Part shown: one piece after another, positions 48,240 to 60,947 of the stretch | Layout: the number at the start of each line of letters is the position of its first letter | How positions within the stretch are numbered: the first letter of the stretch is position 1 | Notes under the pieces: model-generated | The model's input: the letters and a program-made list of their open reading frames with translations, nothing else | Told to the model about the DNA's origin: nothing | The model's database searches: none | From: Candidatus Eremiobacteria bacterium | Lineage (GTDB): Bacteria > Vulcanimicrobiota > Vulcanimicrobiia > Vulcanimicrobiales > Vulcanimicrobiaceae | Reading direction: 5' to 3' | DNA length: 64,000 nucleotides | NCBI GenBank assembly: GCA_963758295.1 | Contig: CAVWUU010000001.1 | Location: forward strand, 512,001-576,000 | Program-made: the position numbers and the translations under genes

Positions 48240-48957
48240 CTACCGTCTCGTCCCTACAAAGAGCCCCCTACCGGCCGGAGCCTCCGGATCGTACTCTACG
48301 TCGAACTTCTTGGTGCGTTCGAACGCCCCGCGATACTCGGCGTCGGTGAAGAGCATCAGCCGGTGGGGCTCGGCGAACGTGCGGACGCCGTCGGGCGCCG
48401 CCGTCATGAAGTTGTAGTTCAGGATCGACACGTTGCCGTCGCGACGGCTCACGCTCATGCGCGCTACCTTCAGGTTCGGTTCGTCGGCAAACTTTGCGTC
48501 GATGTATCCGTCGCGCCACTCGCTCGGGGCGAACCCACGGCTCGATGACGACTACGCCGCCCGGCCGAACGTGGCGCGCGAACGTCTCGAGGGTTTGGTC
48601 GAGGAGCCGTACGTTCGGCACGTAGCCGATCGAGCCGAAGAGGCAGACGATCGCGTCGAAGCGCGCGCCTAAATTGAAGCCGATCATGTCTTGCAGGTGC
48701 AGCGGAACGTCGTGCAGCCGTTCCTGTGCGACCGCGAGCATCGCTCGATCCACGTCGAGGCCTTCGGCGGCGTACCACTGGCGCAGGAACTCGAGATGAC
48801 GTCCCGTTCCGCACGCTACGTCTAGTAGCGCCGTCCCGTCGGAACGTTTATGCGACTCAATGACGTCGTGGATGCGCGTCGCCTCGGCGGCGTAGTCTTT
48901 GCCGTCGGCGCGTTGCAGTGCATCGTAGTACGCAGCGGAGCGTGCGTAGATCGACAT
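48240..48957 (-). CDS. Class I SAM methyltransferase, TylM1/DesVI-like (frameshifted near 48530)
   Basis: LLDVACGTGRHL, DAIVCLFGSIGY, PGGVVVIEPW, HRLMLFT..EY..AF, GRGLFVG. Confidence 0.8.
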
Positions 48958-49089
48958 TGAAATCCCCTTAGAAAACCGATTGCGCTATAGAACTTCACGG
49001 CGAAAACGTCCGCGCGCGATAAAGAACGCGCTTGGTTTGAACCCTATCTGCAAAATGGCCTTCCAACCAAGCTGACGAAGGGCCAATGT

Positions 49090-50439
49090 ATGCATGAATA
49101 CGACGTGCTCGTCGTCGGCGGCGGTAACGCCGGTTGTGCGGCGGCACTCGCAGCGGCGCGTCACGGCGCACGCACGATGCTTGTCGAGCGCTATGGATTT
49201 CTCGGCGGAACGGCCACTGCATCGATGGTCGGCCCGTGGATGACGTTCCACTCCGGCGACGAGCGCATCGTGGGCGGCATCGCACAGGAAATCGTCGAGC
49301 GGCTCGTCCGGCGCGGCGCATCGCCGGGACACATCGGCGATTCTTCGGATTACGTAGCGACAATCACGCCTTTCGATCCCGAAATGCATAAAGCGTTGCT
49401 CTTCGAGATGATGAAGGAAGCCAAGGTGCAGCTTTTGCTGCATTCGTGGTTCCTTCGGGCCGAAGTAGAAGGCGACGCAATTACCGGTGCGACGTTTGCT
49501 ACGGTCGGCGGTGAACGATCGTATCGCGCAAGGACCGTGATCGACACCACGGCCGACGCGTACGTTGCTGCATCGGCCGGCGTGGAAACGCAGCAGGGCG
49601 ACGCCCGCGGCCGCGTACAGCCGGCCAGTTTGATGTTCCGGCTGAGCCACGTCGACCTGACGAAGACCGCTACCTACGTACGAATGCACGTCGACCAAAT
49701 GCGTTCGTCGCTGAAAGCGCACGAACGCACCGCACCGGCGCTTACCGCCGTGGCCGGTTTGTACGATCTTTGGCGCCAAGCCAAAGACGACGGCCTCGTA
49801 GACATTCCGCGCGAGCTCGTCTCGTTTTTCATCTCACCGTATCCCGATGAAGTCACGGTGAACATGACGCGCGTCACGAATATCGATCCGTTAGACCCCG
49901 AAGACCTAACGCGAGCCGAAGTGGAAGCACGCTTGCAAGTAACGGCACTGCTGCGATTCTTTCGCGAGCGCGTTCCGGGATTCGAAAACGCTCGATTGGC
50001 AGCGACCGGCGCGCAAGTCGGGATTCGGGAATCGCGCCGTATCGTTGGACGCTACACGCTTACGGCCGACGACGTTCTGCATGCGCGCCGCTTCGATGAC
50101 GCCGTCGCGCGCAGCGCCTATCCGGTCGACATTCACAATCCGTCGGGAAGCGGGACGACGACTCACCGGCTCGAGCCCGGCGAAAGCTACGAAATTCCGT
50201 ATCGCTGTTTGTTGCCCGCGAAACGCGAACGTATGCTCGTTGCCGGCCGTTGCATTTCCACGACGCATGAAGCACTTGCGTCTACGCGCCTTACCCCGAC
50301 CGTTATGACGCTCGGACAGGCTGCCGGAACCGCGGCCGCCTTAGCGAAAAACCATCGCGTTCGCGTGTCGGAAGTAGACACTCACAAACTCCGGGAGACG
50401 CTCATAGCCGACGGAGTCGACCTACGGAGAAGTTCGTGA
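49090..50439 (+). CDS. FAD-dependent oxidoreductase (FAD_oxidored-type)
   Basis: YDVLVVGGGNAG, FLGG, GIRESRRIVG, YEIPYRCL, GQAAG. Confidence 0.88.
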   Translation: MHEYDVLVVGGGNAGCAAALAAARHGARTMLVERYGFLGGTATASMVGPWMTFHSGDERIVGGIAQEIVERLVRRGASPGHIGDSSDYVATITPFDPEMHKALLFEMMKEAKVQLLLHSWFLRAEVEGDAITGATFATVGGERSYRARTVIDTTADAYVAASAGVETQQGDARGRVQPASLMFRLSHVDLTKTATYVRMHVDQMRSSLKAHERTAPALTAVAGLYDLWRQAKDDGLVDIPRELVSFFISPYPDEVTVNMTRVTNIDPLDPEDLTRAEVEARLQVTALLRFFRERVPGFENARLAATGAQVGIRESRRIVGRYTLTADDVLHARRFDDAVARSAYPVDIHNPSGSGTTTHRLEPGESYEIPYRCLLPAKRERMLVAGRCISTTHEALASTRLTPTVMTLGQAAGTAAALAKNHRVRVSEVDTHKLRETLIADGVDLRRSS

Positions 50440-50745
50440 ATCCAGCATTGAGTTTAGCGCGCGAGTACGGCGTCACGGTCGCAATTTGCCGATTTGGGCG
50501 ATTGGGGCGTGGACGAGCTGCGCTCCGAATACGACCCCGAAGGCCCGGTGATTCGTGTGAACGTGCGAGTGGCAGAGCAGCTGACGGTTGCGGAGCTTGG
50601 TGAGTTTGTGACGTTTGCGGTCGGTCACGAGTTGTACCACCATCGCGAGCACATCGGTGAAATTCTGCGCTTGGAAGAGCGCAAAGACCGCGAAATTGCC
50701 GCGAACGAGTTCGCACGCAAGCTTCTGAATCTGCACGTGAACTGA
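50436..50745 (+). CDS. Small ImmA/IrrE-like HExxH metalloprotein (frameshift near 50483)
   Basis: FAVGHELYHH and EIAANEFA; GTG overlaps the upstream stop. Confidence 0.65.
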
Positions 50746-50747
50746 CG

Positions 50748-51671
50748 ATGCTGGTTGCGGGGATCGACGGAGGACAAAGTTCCACGGTCGCCGCGATCGC
50801 GGACGAAAGCGGCCGCATCATTTCCCGCGGCGTTGCCGGTCCGGCCGACGAAGTCGGCGCGGATGCTTCGTCGACGCGTTTGCGTGACGCCTTACGGGAT
50901 GCGGTGCAAGATGCTGTGCGCAATGCCGGCTTCCCGTCGCACACGTCATTTGATGCAATCGTCGCCGGCATCAGCGGATACGAAGGCACGGTTTTCGGCT
51001 TAGCGCCGGACCTGCCGGCGCGACGGTTGCGCTTGATGCACGACGCGCCGATCGCGTATGCCGCCGCCCTCGGTGAAAAGCCGGGCGTTACCGTCATTGC
51101 AGGAACCGGTTCCGTAGCATTCGCTCGTTCCACGGATGGACGCGAGTTGCTTTGCGGCGGCTGGGGTTTTCTTTTCGGTGATGAAGGCAGCGCATTCTGG
51201 ATTGCGCGCAGCGCGATAACGCTCGCAATCGAGCACGAAACTTGCGCCGGTGTAGAAAGCCTGCTGAGTTTCTTCGACGCCCATTCGTTGCGCGAACTCG
51301 TTCGCGGATTTTACGTCGGAAAGGTCTCGCGCGACGAACTCGCCTCATTTGCACCGCTTTGCATTGACGCCGCGAAATCCGGCAGCCAATGCTCGTGCCT
51401 GGAAGAGCCCGCGAAAGAGGCGGCGTCGAGGCTGGCGCGCCTCGCAGCCAAAGCCGCGATCGAGCCGGCAGAATCGCCGTGGGTGGCCTTTACCGGCGGC
51501 CTGACGCGGGACGCATGGTTCCGCGAACGCCTTGCCGAGGCATTGCCTGAAAGCATGACGGCAGCCGGCATCTCGCATTGGCGGCAAACCGAGCCGGCAT
51601 CGGAGCCGGTTCTAGGCGCAGTTTTGCTCGCACTTCGCGAAGCCGGCATCCGCGAGATAATGCCGCAGTGA
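50748..51671 (+). CDS. BadF/BadG/BcrA/BcrD-type ATPase, N-acetylhexosamine kinase-like
   Basis: GIDGGQSST, VIAGTGS, GGWGFLFGDEGSAFWI. Confidence 0.85.
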   Translation: MLVAGIDGGQSSTVAAIADESGRIISRGVAGPADEVGADASSTRLRDALRDAVQDAVRNAGFPSHTSFDAIVAGISGYEGTVFGLAPDLPARRLRLMHDAPIAYAAALGEKPGVTVIAGTGSVAFARSTDGRELLCGGWGFLFGDEGSAFWIARSAITLAIEHETCAGVESLLSFFDAHSLRELVRGFYVGKVSRDELASFAPLCIDAAKSGSQCSCLEEPAKEAASRLARLAAKAAIEPAESPWVAFTGGLTRDAWFRERLAEALPESMTAAGISHWRQTEPASEPVLGAVLLALREAGIREIMPQ

Positions 51672-52345
51672 GCATTCTTGACGACCTTCGCGGCCGGCTA
51701 ATCGTGTCGGTCCAGGCTTGGCCCGGGTCGCCCATCGACGATCCGTACGTTCTCGCGGCGATGGCCGAGGCGGCACAGGTAAATGGAGCCGCCGGCGTAC
51801 GTGTCCAGGGCGTCGCCAATATGCTCGCCGTTCGCGCGAGAGTGGCAATTCCGATGATCGGCATCATCAAATGTCATTACGAAGGCTACGAACCGTACAT
51901 CACGCCTACCTTAAAACAGGTCGCGGAGATCGTGCAAAGCGGTGCGGAAATCGTCGCGTTCGACGCAACGCCGCGGCCGCGCCCGGGCGGAACGACGGTC
52001 GAACGGCTCGTCGGCGAGATTCATGCGGCCGCTCGCATTGCAATGGCCGATTGCGCTACGGCGGAAGACGCGTTAGCTGCGCAGGCCGCCGGCGCCGAGA
52101 TCGTTGCGACAACGCTGTGCGGATACACGCCCGGAACGAAAGGTAGAACCTTGCCGGCGCTTGATTTGGTGAGAACGCTGCATCAATTGGAAGCTTTCAC
52201 GATCTGCGAAGGGGGCGTAAGCTCGCCGTCGCAATTGAGAGAAGCGCTCGAAGCCGGAGCAGATGCCGTTGTAGTGGGTACTGCTATTACCAATGTCGAT
52301 GCATTGGTTCGGGAGTTTGCGGCCGGAGCGATCAAGCACCGCTAA
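51668..52345 (+). CDS. nanE: N-acetylmannosamine-6-phosphate 2-epimerase
   Basis: LIVSVQA, IGIIK, YITPT, AFDATPRPRP, TTLCGYT, EGG, VVVGTAIT. Confidence 0.88.
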   Translation: MSILDDLRGRLIVSVQAWPGSPIDDPYVLAAMAEAAQVNGAAGVRVQGVANMLAVRARVAIPMIGIIKCHYEGYEPYITPTLKQVAEIVQSGAEIVAFDATPRPRPGGTTVERLVGEIHAAARIAMADCATAEDALAAQAAGAEIVATTLCGYTPGTKGRTLPALDLVRTLHQLEAFTICEGGVSSPSQLREALEAGADAVVVGTAITNVDALVREFAAGAIKHR

Positions 52346-52415
52346 AGTCGGTGCGGCCGGCTAAGTAGTTTTCCTATAGTAATAGAAGAAACCGCGGGTT
52401 AGGGAGAGACTTTCC

Positions 52416-53513
52416 TTGGTTGAGAACACAACGGCCGTACGCCTCGGTCGCGGATTTTGGACTGCAACGCTAGTTCTTGCTGTGCTTTCGATCCTTTCGA
52501 TCGTGTTTTGGTATACGACGTCGATCGGCATCGTAATGCCTGAAGTAGGAGCGCAGCCGGGCATCCAGATCGATGCGCTATTCCGCTTCATGGCGGCTAC
52601 GGGTTCGGCGCTCTTTATTTTTGTCGCCGGCTACATTGTTTATTTCTGCATCGCGTTCCGTGCGCGTCCCACGGACGCCCCCGATGCGATCGGCGTGCAG
52701 ATCCACGACAACCACTCGCTCGAGCTGTGGTGGACGCTCATTCCGGCACTCTTCGTCGTGCTGCTTTCTATCCTCAGCGTTCGCATTTGGTACGGAATCC
52801 AGTTGGCGCAGCCCACGAACGGCTTGGTCGTCGAATCGATCGGCCATCAGTGGTTCTACACGTTCCGCTACCCGCAGGTCCACGGCGAAATCACCGACGA
52901 GATGCATCTCCCGGTCAACGTTCCGGTCGTCATGAACGTAACGTCGTCCGACGTGATTCACTCGTTCTGGGTGCCGGCGTTCCGTTTGAAGGCCGACATG
53001 GTGCCTGGGCTCGTGAATACGATTCGGTTCACGCCGACCATTCCCGGACGCTACAAGATCATCTGCACCGAGTTTTGCGGAACGCTGCACGGCGCGATGC
53101 AGAAGCAAACCGTCGTGGTCGAAGATCAGGCGAGCTTCGATAAGTGGTTCCACGGTTGGCAGGTCAAGAACGCAAATGCGAGCGACGAGCTGCCTAAGGC
53201 CTCGACCGGTGCGGTCAGCCTTGCGGGCGGCGATGCGAAGGCCGGCCAGGCGCTCTTCCAGCAGAAGTGTTCCGCATGTCACGCCGTCGGACCGTTCTCG
53301 CAACGTGTCGTCGGACCGGGCCTCAAAGGCGTGCTGCACGACGCAGCGCACCCAAATCTCGTTGACGGCGATAAAGCGACGCCGGACAACGTCGCAAAGA
53401 TTCTGCAGCAGGGCTTTAAGGGCGATATGGGTGTGATGCCTAACGCCACGGCCAACGGGCTGTCGGATAAAGACATCGCGAACTTGGTCGCGTATCTGAA
53501 CACGCTGAAGTAG
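52416..53513 (+). CDS. coxB: Cytochrome c oxidase subunit II with C-terminal cytochrome c (caa3 type)
   Basis: DVIHSFWVP, CTEFCGTLHGAM (CuA), CSACH. Confidence 0.93.
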   Translation: MVENTTAVRLGRGFWTATLVLAVLSILSIVFWYTTSIGIVMPEVGAQPGIQIDALFRFMAATGSALFIFVAGYIVYFCIAFRARPTDAPDAIGVQIHDNHSLELWWTLIPALFVVLLSILSVRIWYGIQLAQPTNGLVVESIGHQWFYTFRYPQVHGEITDEMHLPVNVPVVMNVTSSDVIHSFWVPAFRLKADMVPGLVNTIRFTPTIPGRYKIICTEFCGTLHGAMQKQTVVVEDQASFDKWFHGWQVKNANASDELPKASTGAVSLAGGDAKAGQALFQQKCSACHAVGPFSQRVVGPGLKGVLHDAAHPNLVDGDKATPDNVAKILQQGFKGDMGVMPNATANGLSDKDIANLVAYLNTLK

Positions 53514-53529
53514 AGGATCAGCAAAACAC

Positions 53530-55208
<1,679 letters not shown>

Positions 55209-55209
<1 letters not shown>

Positions 55210-55835
55210 TGGCGGTAGCATCGATTCCGCATGGCGGCCACGCCGACGGACACGGTGAAGTCGATCAGCTCTATGTGGAAACACGCGAGCTGCGCCTTCA
55301 GGGATTTCTGCTATTCCTGATCGCCGACTGCGTCCTGTTCTCGTCCTTCATCTTCGCGTATCTCTACATGCGCAGCAGCGGCCAGGGCTGGCCGCCGCCG
55401 GGCGTGCACCGGCTCGACGTGGCGTTCGCCGCGCTGAACTCCGTGATTCTCTTCGGATCCGGCGCGACGATGCACTATGCGCTCGAGAACTGGAAGCACA
55501 ATCAGTTCGGCAAGTACGCGTTCTTCATGATCGCGACCATCATTCTCGGCGCGATGTTCCTTGGGGGTCAGGCGTACGAATATACGAACCTCATCTTCAA
55601 GGAACACGTAACGTGGGCCGGCAGCGGTATCTTCGGCGCGTCGTTCTTCACGTTGACCGGCATGCACGGGATGCACGTATCCGTCGGCGTGATTTACTTG
55701 ACGATTCTCTTTCTTCAGTCGCTCCAGGGCATCTACACGAAAGACAAGTACTTCGGCCTCACGGCAGGCACGTTGTACTGGCACTTCGTCGACGTCATTT
55801 GGGTCGCGCTGTTCTCGCTCTTCTACCTGCTCTAA
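55209..55835 (+). CDS. coxC: Cytochrome c oxidase subunit III
   Basis: FFTLTGMHGMHV, LYWHFVDVIW. Confidence 0.93.
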
Positions 55836-55851
55836 GGACGAGACGAACACT

Positions 55852-56061
55852 ATGGATATCGCAATGGTTGAGCGCATCATCGCCGTGATCGGCGGCATCG
55901 TCGTCGCGATCGTATCGTTCATTGCGCTCAAGAACGACTGGCATACGCCCGGTCTAGACAATCAAGTCTTCAAAATCATGTTGGGCCTGCTGTTCATCGG
56001 CGCGATCGTCGCGCTGTTGGCCGGCGTGGGCGTGCTCGGAAACTTCCCGAAGGCGGCATAA
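55852..56061 (+). CDS. Small 2-TM protein in the oxidase operon
   Basis: 69 aa, AAGGA RBS, two hydrophobic helices. Confidence 0.7.
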   Translation: MDIAMVERIIAVIGGIVVAIVSFIALKNDWHTPGLDNQVFKIMLGLLFIGAIVALLAGVGVLGNFPKAA

Positions 56062-56063
56062 CC

Positions 56064-56267
56064 ATGATTGTCCACGACAGCGAATACATCGACTTCAGCA
56101 AGGTCCCTCAGAGCCAGGGGATGAGCAAATCGACGATTGTGATCGTCCTTGTCGGCCTCCTCGGTATCTTCATCATGGGCGGCCTTTCGATCGGTTTCGC
56201 AAGCTGGGGCCACGTGTGGCCTTCAGAGAAATCGCAGCGCATCGATCTCGGCACAATGTCGCACTAA
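56064..56267 (+). CDS. Small 1-TM protein in the oxidase operon
   Basis: 67 aa, 2 nt after the previous stop and before the terminator. Confidence 0.7.
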   Translation: MIVHDSEYIDFSKVPQSQGMSKSTIVIVLVGLLGIFIMGGLSIGFASWGHVWPSEKSQRIDLGTMSH

Positions 56268-56289
56268 TTCGGCGACCGAAAAAACATCG

Positions 56290-56324
56290 GCGGCACCGTT
56301 CTTTGCGGTGCCGCTTTTGTTTTT
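56290..56324 (+). terminator. Rho-independent terminator of the oxidase operon
   Basis: GCGGCACCG-ttctttg-CGGTGCCGC followed by TTTTGTTTTT. Confidence 0.85.
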
Positions 56325-56402
56325 GGGTGATGCGCAACCCCGGTATTGCGGTCCCAAAAAACCAAAGGGCCACTTGGTTGCACGCATAACTAATATAACG
56401 GG

Positions 56403-56996
56403 TTAATCCGGATGTTTGCCGGTGCGAGGAGCGATGCCGACCGCGAAAGCCGGGATTTCGTCGGGAACTAAGCCGGTGTTCCGGCCGTCGATTTTGTGAA
56501 TGCCGGCGAAGACCGAAAACTCGACAAGCGCCGGAATCGTTTTGTTCGGCAGCTTCTTGTTGCCGTAGCACTCCCATTCGCAAACAATGGAACGATCTTC
56601 GAACAACGTTGCTACGTAGCCGCTGCCGTCGATTTCCGATTTCGTATCCGGTTCGCGATAGCGCACGTAGCCGTCGATGATGTAAATCGGTTTGAACGTC
56701 TGCAGGTACGCGATGAACGGCGCAACCAACACGGCGATGAAGTACCCTAAGAATGCGATTGCGCCGATGCCGAAAATCCAGGCGATCTTGATGATGTCGC
56801 GGTCGGACGGCACGTGATTGGCGCGATAAACGATGCCGAATGTCAGGAAGGTCATGAAGAGTAGTCCCAGCAACGGCTCGATTGCTATAGCAAAACGGCC
56901 GGTCAAGCCGCGCCACACGATCTTTCTTTCGCGTTCGGTCCAGGGCCGTTGCGCCAGCATTTGGGCGCGCTGGTCGTTAAAGAGCCGGTACTTCAT
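56403..56996 (-). CDS. Hypothetical 2-TM membrane protein
   Basis: 197 aa ORF overlapping the end of the acyl-CoA dehydrogenase gene. Confidence 0.65.
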   Translation of the reverse strand: MKYRLFNDQRAQMLAQRPWTERERKIVWRGLTGRFAIAIEPLLGLLFMTFLTFGIVYRANHVPSDRDIIKIAWIFGIGAIAFLGYFIAVLVAPFIAYLQTFKPIYIIDGYVRYREPDTKSEIDGSGYVATLFEDRSIVCEWECYGNKKLPNKTIPALVEFSVFAGIHKIDGRNTGLVPDEIPAFAVGIAPRTGKHPD

Positions 56997-58635
56997 GTTT
57001 CACAGGCGCCGCGCGTTCGATGATACCGCGGAAGGCTTCTTTGTTCCTGAGCGTGCCCATCGTGCTGCCCCATTGGCCGCCGATCCGGCTCTCGATAAAC
57101 GCATCCGCCACATAGTTCGGTGCGTGCTGAACGAGTAATGCCGCTTGCCAAAGGGTCGCCATCCGCTCGACCAGCGAGCGGGCGCGCCATTCGAGGTCTT
57201 CGGGTTCGCGCAGTTCCCGTTCCAGTTCGTTCGCCGCAACGAGCAGCGACGATTCGCCGAGTGCAGGCGCGATTTCGGTGCGAAACGCATCCACGGCTTC
57301 GGGCTGTTTGCGAATGATGCGCAAAACGTCCAACGCGTTGATGTTTCCGGAACCTTCCCAAATCGAATTGAGCGGCGCTTCGCGGTACAGGCGCGGCATG
57401 ATCGATTCTTCTACGTAGCCGTTTCCACCCAGGCACTCCAAGGCTTCGGCAACGGCAATCGGCGCTCGTTTACAGACGTAGTATTTGCCGATGGCCGTCC
57501 CGACGCGGCGCAGCGCGCCGTCGCGCCGTCCGCTTGCCCAATCGTCGATCGCTCTCGCGGCACGCAGAAACAACACCGTTGCGGCTTCCGACTCGAGCGC
57601 GAGGTCCGCGAGGACGTTTTGCATCAGCGCGTGCTTGATGAGCGGACGTCCGAAAGTTTGCCGGTACGTCGCATGGTGAATCGCCTGCGCAACGGCCTGG
57701 CGTAGCAGCGATGCAGAGCCGCCGATGCAATCAAGGCGCGTGTTATTCACCATCTCGACGATCGTGTGCACGCCTTGGCCTTCGTCACCAATGAGCCACG
57801 CGTGCGTACCGTCGAACTCGACTTCGCACGAGGCGTTGCTGTGATTTCCGAGTTTGTGTTTGAGGCGCTGAATGTTGAACGTGTTTCGCGTGCCGTCCGG
57901 CAGAATGCGCGGAAGATAAAAGCACGAAATGCCGCCCTCGGTTTGGGCCAGCACGAGAAACGCGTCGCTCATCGGCGCCGAGCAAAACCATTTGTGGCCG
58001 GTGAGCAGATACTCTTCGCCGTTTCCGCGTTGTGCCGTTGCCGGAATCGCGCGCGTTTGATTGCTGCGCACATCGCTGCCGCCTTGTTTCTCCGTCATGC
58101 CCATGCCGAAGATCGTGCCGGCTTTCTCGTTTTGCGGGAGCAAACGCGGATCGTACGTGCGCGCGCCCACGCGCGGCGCAAGCGTGCGGGTCAGCTCGGC
58201 GTTGCGCGCAAGCGCCGGCAACGCGGCATAAGTCATCGAAATCGGGCAGCCGTGTCCCGATTCAACTTGCGACCACAGGTAAAATTTCGCCGCGCGCGTG
58301 ACGTGACCGAACGGCGCGTCTTCGATCCACGGGGCTCCGTGCAGACCGTAGCCGGTCGCAGCCGCCATGAGGACGTGATACGACGGATGGTAGCGCACTT
58401 CGTCGATCCGGTTGCCGAAGCGGTCGTGCGTCTCGAGTTCCGGCGGATGCTCGTTCGCCTCGAATCCAAGTTGAATGACGTCCGGATTTCCCGCTCGGGC
58501 GCCCACTTCGCGGACCTCGGAAAAAGGCGCGTCCGGCGCTTCGCGCTGTAGGCCTTCCATGAGGGCCACATCGCTCTCCAAGAGATTGTATCCGGCGAGC
58601 GGAGGCGGCTGATTGGTGACGACGTGCGTTGCCAT
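56977..58635 (-). CDS. aidB: AidB-like acyl-CoA dehydrogenase
   Basis: THVVTNQPPPL, GHGCPISMTYA, GMGMTEKQGGSDV, EAPLNSIWEGSGN. Confidence 0.88.
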   Translation of the reverse strand: MATHVVTNQPPPLAGYNLLESDVALMEGLQREAPDAPFSEVREVGARAGNPDVIQLGFEANEHPPELETHDRFGNRIDEVRYHPSYHVLMAAATGYGLHGAPWIEDAPFGHVTRAAKFYLWSQVESGHGCPISMTYAALPALARNAELTRTLAPRVGARTYDPRLLPQNEKAGTIFGMGMTEKQGGSDVRSNQTRAIPATAQRGNGEEYLLTGHKWFCSAPMSDAFLVLAQTEGGISCFYLPRILPDGTRNTFNIQRLKHKLGNHSNASCEVEFDGTHAWLIGDEGQGVHTIVEMVNNTRLDCIGGSASLLRQAVAQAIHHATYRQTFGRPLIKHALMQNVLADLALESEAATVLFLRAARAIDDWASGRRDGALRRVGTAIGKYYVCKRAPIAVAEALECLGGNGYVEESIMPRLYREAPLNSIWEGSGNINALDVLRIIRKQPEAVDAFRTEIAPALGESSLLVAANELERELREPEDLEWRARSLVERMATLWQAALLVQHAPNYVADAFIESRIGGQWGSTMGTLRNKEAFRGIIERAAPVKHEVPAL

Positions 58636-58658
58636 TGCCCGGAACGCTTCGCCGTTCG

Positions 58659-60025
58659 CTAAGCGGCCTCTTCGAGCGGCATGGTCCGTTCTTGCCGGCG
58701 CGACTTCAGCGATGACGCGATACCAAGCGCGATCAGCGCAACAGCGCAGAACGCCAAGTAGGCATGGCGGTATCCGGTGGTCTCGTTCACGCTTGCGCCC
58801 ATGACGCCGGCTGCTAGCGAGCCGCCGAGGATCTGCCCCACGATCAGTGCTTGGCTGAGCAACCCAACCGCCGTTGCGCGCGAACGCTCGCCCGTTTCAT
58901 TCGTAACGATGTACCGCGTCGGCGCCCCGAGCAGCGCCCCGAAGCCACAGCCCGCTACGATCATCGAAACGATCGATAACGGCAACGAATGGAAGCCGAT
59001 TGCAAAAAGCGCTAAACCCGAGTTCGGTAAGGATCGCGCCGCCGAGCAACACGTCGCGGCTGCCGATGCGATCGAGCGCGCGGCCGGAAAGCGGAATAAC
59101 GATTACGAACGTCAGCGCACCCAGCGCAGCAATCGACCCGGCAGCGAGATACGAGAGATGCTGCGACGCGACGAGCACCGCAGGGATGAAGAAGAGCGAG
59201 CCTTCGAGCATGCCGATTGCGAGCTCGAGGACGTAGGTTTTTACTAATTGCGGCGCGCCCACGACGCTTAGCGGCAACAGCGGATTACGCGCTTGCCGTT
59301 CCCAGAACACGAATCCGGCAAGCAGCACCACACCGGCGATGGACACGCCGATACGCGTTGTCGTTAGGCCGTCCATGAGCGAGAGTAAACCCGCGCAAAA
59401 GAGCACGAGTCCCGCAGCATCGAGCGGTCCGCGAACGCGCGGCGCATTCGACGGGACATCGCGTAACGCGCGCCAGATAACGATTGCCGCCAGTGGAAGG
59501 TTTAGCAACGAAAATCCAACGCCACGAAATAAAATGGGTGACGACGCCGCCGAAAAGCGGTCCGACGATTGCGGCAAGGCCCCACGTGGCCGCGACTAGG
59601 CCTAGTGCCGCACCCCGGCGTTCTTTAGGAACGACGTCTGCAATTGCCGCGGTCGCGACGGGAAAAATGCCGCCGGCGCCCAGCGCTTGAATCGCGCGCG
59701 CAAAAAGAAAAACGTGAAACGACGGCGCGGTAATCGCGATTGCGCTGCCGATCGCAAAGAGACCAACGCATGCAACGTACACGAGACGCCGTCCGTAACG
59801 GTCGGCAAGCGTGCTCGCAATGGCGATCGAGGCAACGTTCACCAGCAGATACAGGGTGAAGACCCAAGCAAGGTCCGAAGTCTGAACCGCAAACTGCGTC
59901 CCGAGCGCAGGAAGCGCCGGTGAAAGGACCCCGAGATCGAGGGCTCCCGCAAAAACGCCCAAGCCAAGGGTAAGAAGAAGTGGAACGGCCCGTTTATCGA
60001 GGTTGTGGCCGGCAACGGTTTGCAC
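58659..60025 (-). CDS. MFS transporter (DHA2-like), two frameshifts
   Basis: LADRYGRR, ARAIQALGAGG, WRWIF; split over ORFs 59285..60025, 58897..59577 and 58659..58985. Confidence 0.85.
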
Positions 60026-60030
60026 GAAAG

Positions 60031-60947
60031 TTACGCGATGATCCTATCGATGACCATGATGACGCACATGAGCGCGAGATAGATCAGAGAAAATTTGAAC
60101 GTGCGCCGCGCCCAGGTCTTTCCCGGATCGCGCCAAGCGCGGATCGTGTCGTACAGAAAAATCCCGCCCAGCACTGCGGCAGCCGCAGTATACAGCGGGC
60201 CCATGATATGAAGCGGATACAGAATTACCGACGCGACGACGAGCAAAATCGTGTAGTAGATGATTTCGCGCTTCGTGCGTTCGCGGCCGCTGACGTTGGG
60301 CAGCATCGGAACGTTGGCTTTGTGATAATCCATTTCGGTCATCAACGCGAGCGACCAAAAATGCGGCGGCGTCCACAAGAAAATCAACGCGAAAAGCCCA
60401 GCGCCGGGCCGCCGATTTCGTGCGTCACCGCGGCCCAACCAACGAGCGGCGGAACGGAGCCGGCTGCACCGCCGATGACGATGTTCAGAGGCGTCGTGCG
60501 CTTCAGCCACATCGTATAGATTACGACGTAGTAGACGTTCCCGGCCAGCGAAAGCCATGCGGCCAGCGGATTCACGAGGAAGAATAGCATCGCGAACGAC
60601 GCGATGCCTAAAATGACGGCGAACGTGACGGCATTTCGCACCGTCAAACGGCCGGCCGCGAGCGGGCGAGTTCCCGTGCGGCGCATCAGCTTGTCGATGT
60701 CACGATCGTAGATGCAGTTCAACGCTGCAGCGGAGCCTGCAGCGAGCGCACCGCCGAGCAGCGTCCAAAACACCAGAGAAAGCGACGGAATCCCGCGCGC
60801 GGCCATGACCATCGCGGCGGCCGTAGTGATCAAGAGCAGGACGATGATGCGCGGCTTCGCGAGATCGAGATAGTCGCTCAGCGTCCCAAGCAAACCCGTG
60901 AAGCGCGACGGAGCCGCACCTTCGACGCGGGACAGGGTCGAGCTCAC
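60031..60947 (-). CDS. ctaB: Heme o synthase (protoheme IX farnesyltransferase), frameshift near 60390
   Basis: LAKPRI, DRDIDKLMRRTGTRPL, WTPPHFWSLAL. Confidence 0.92.
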
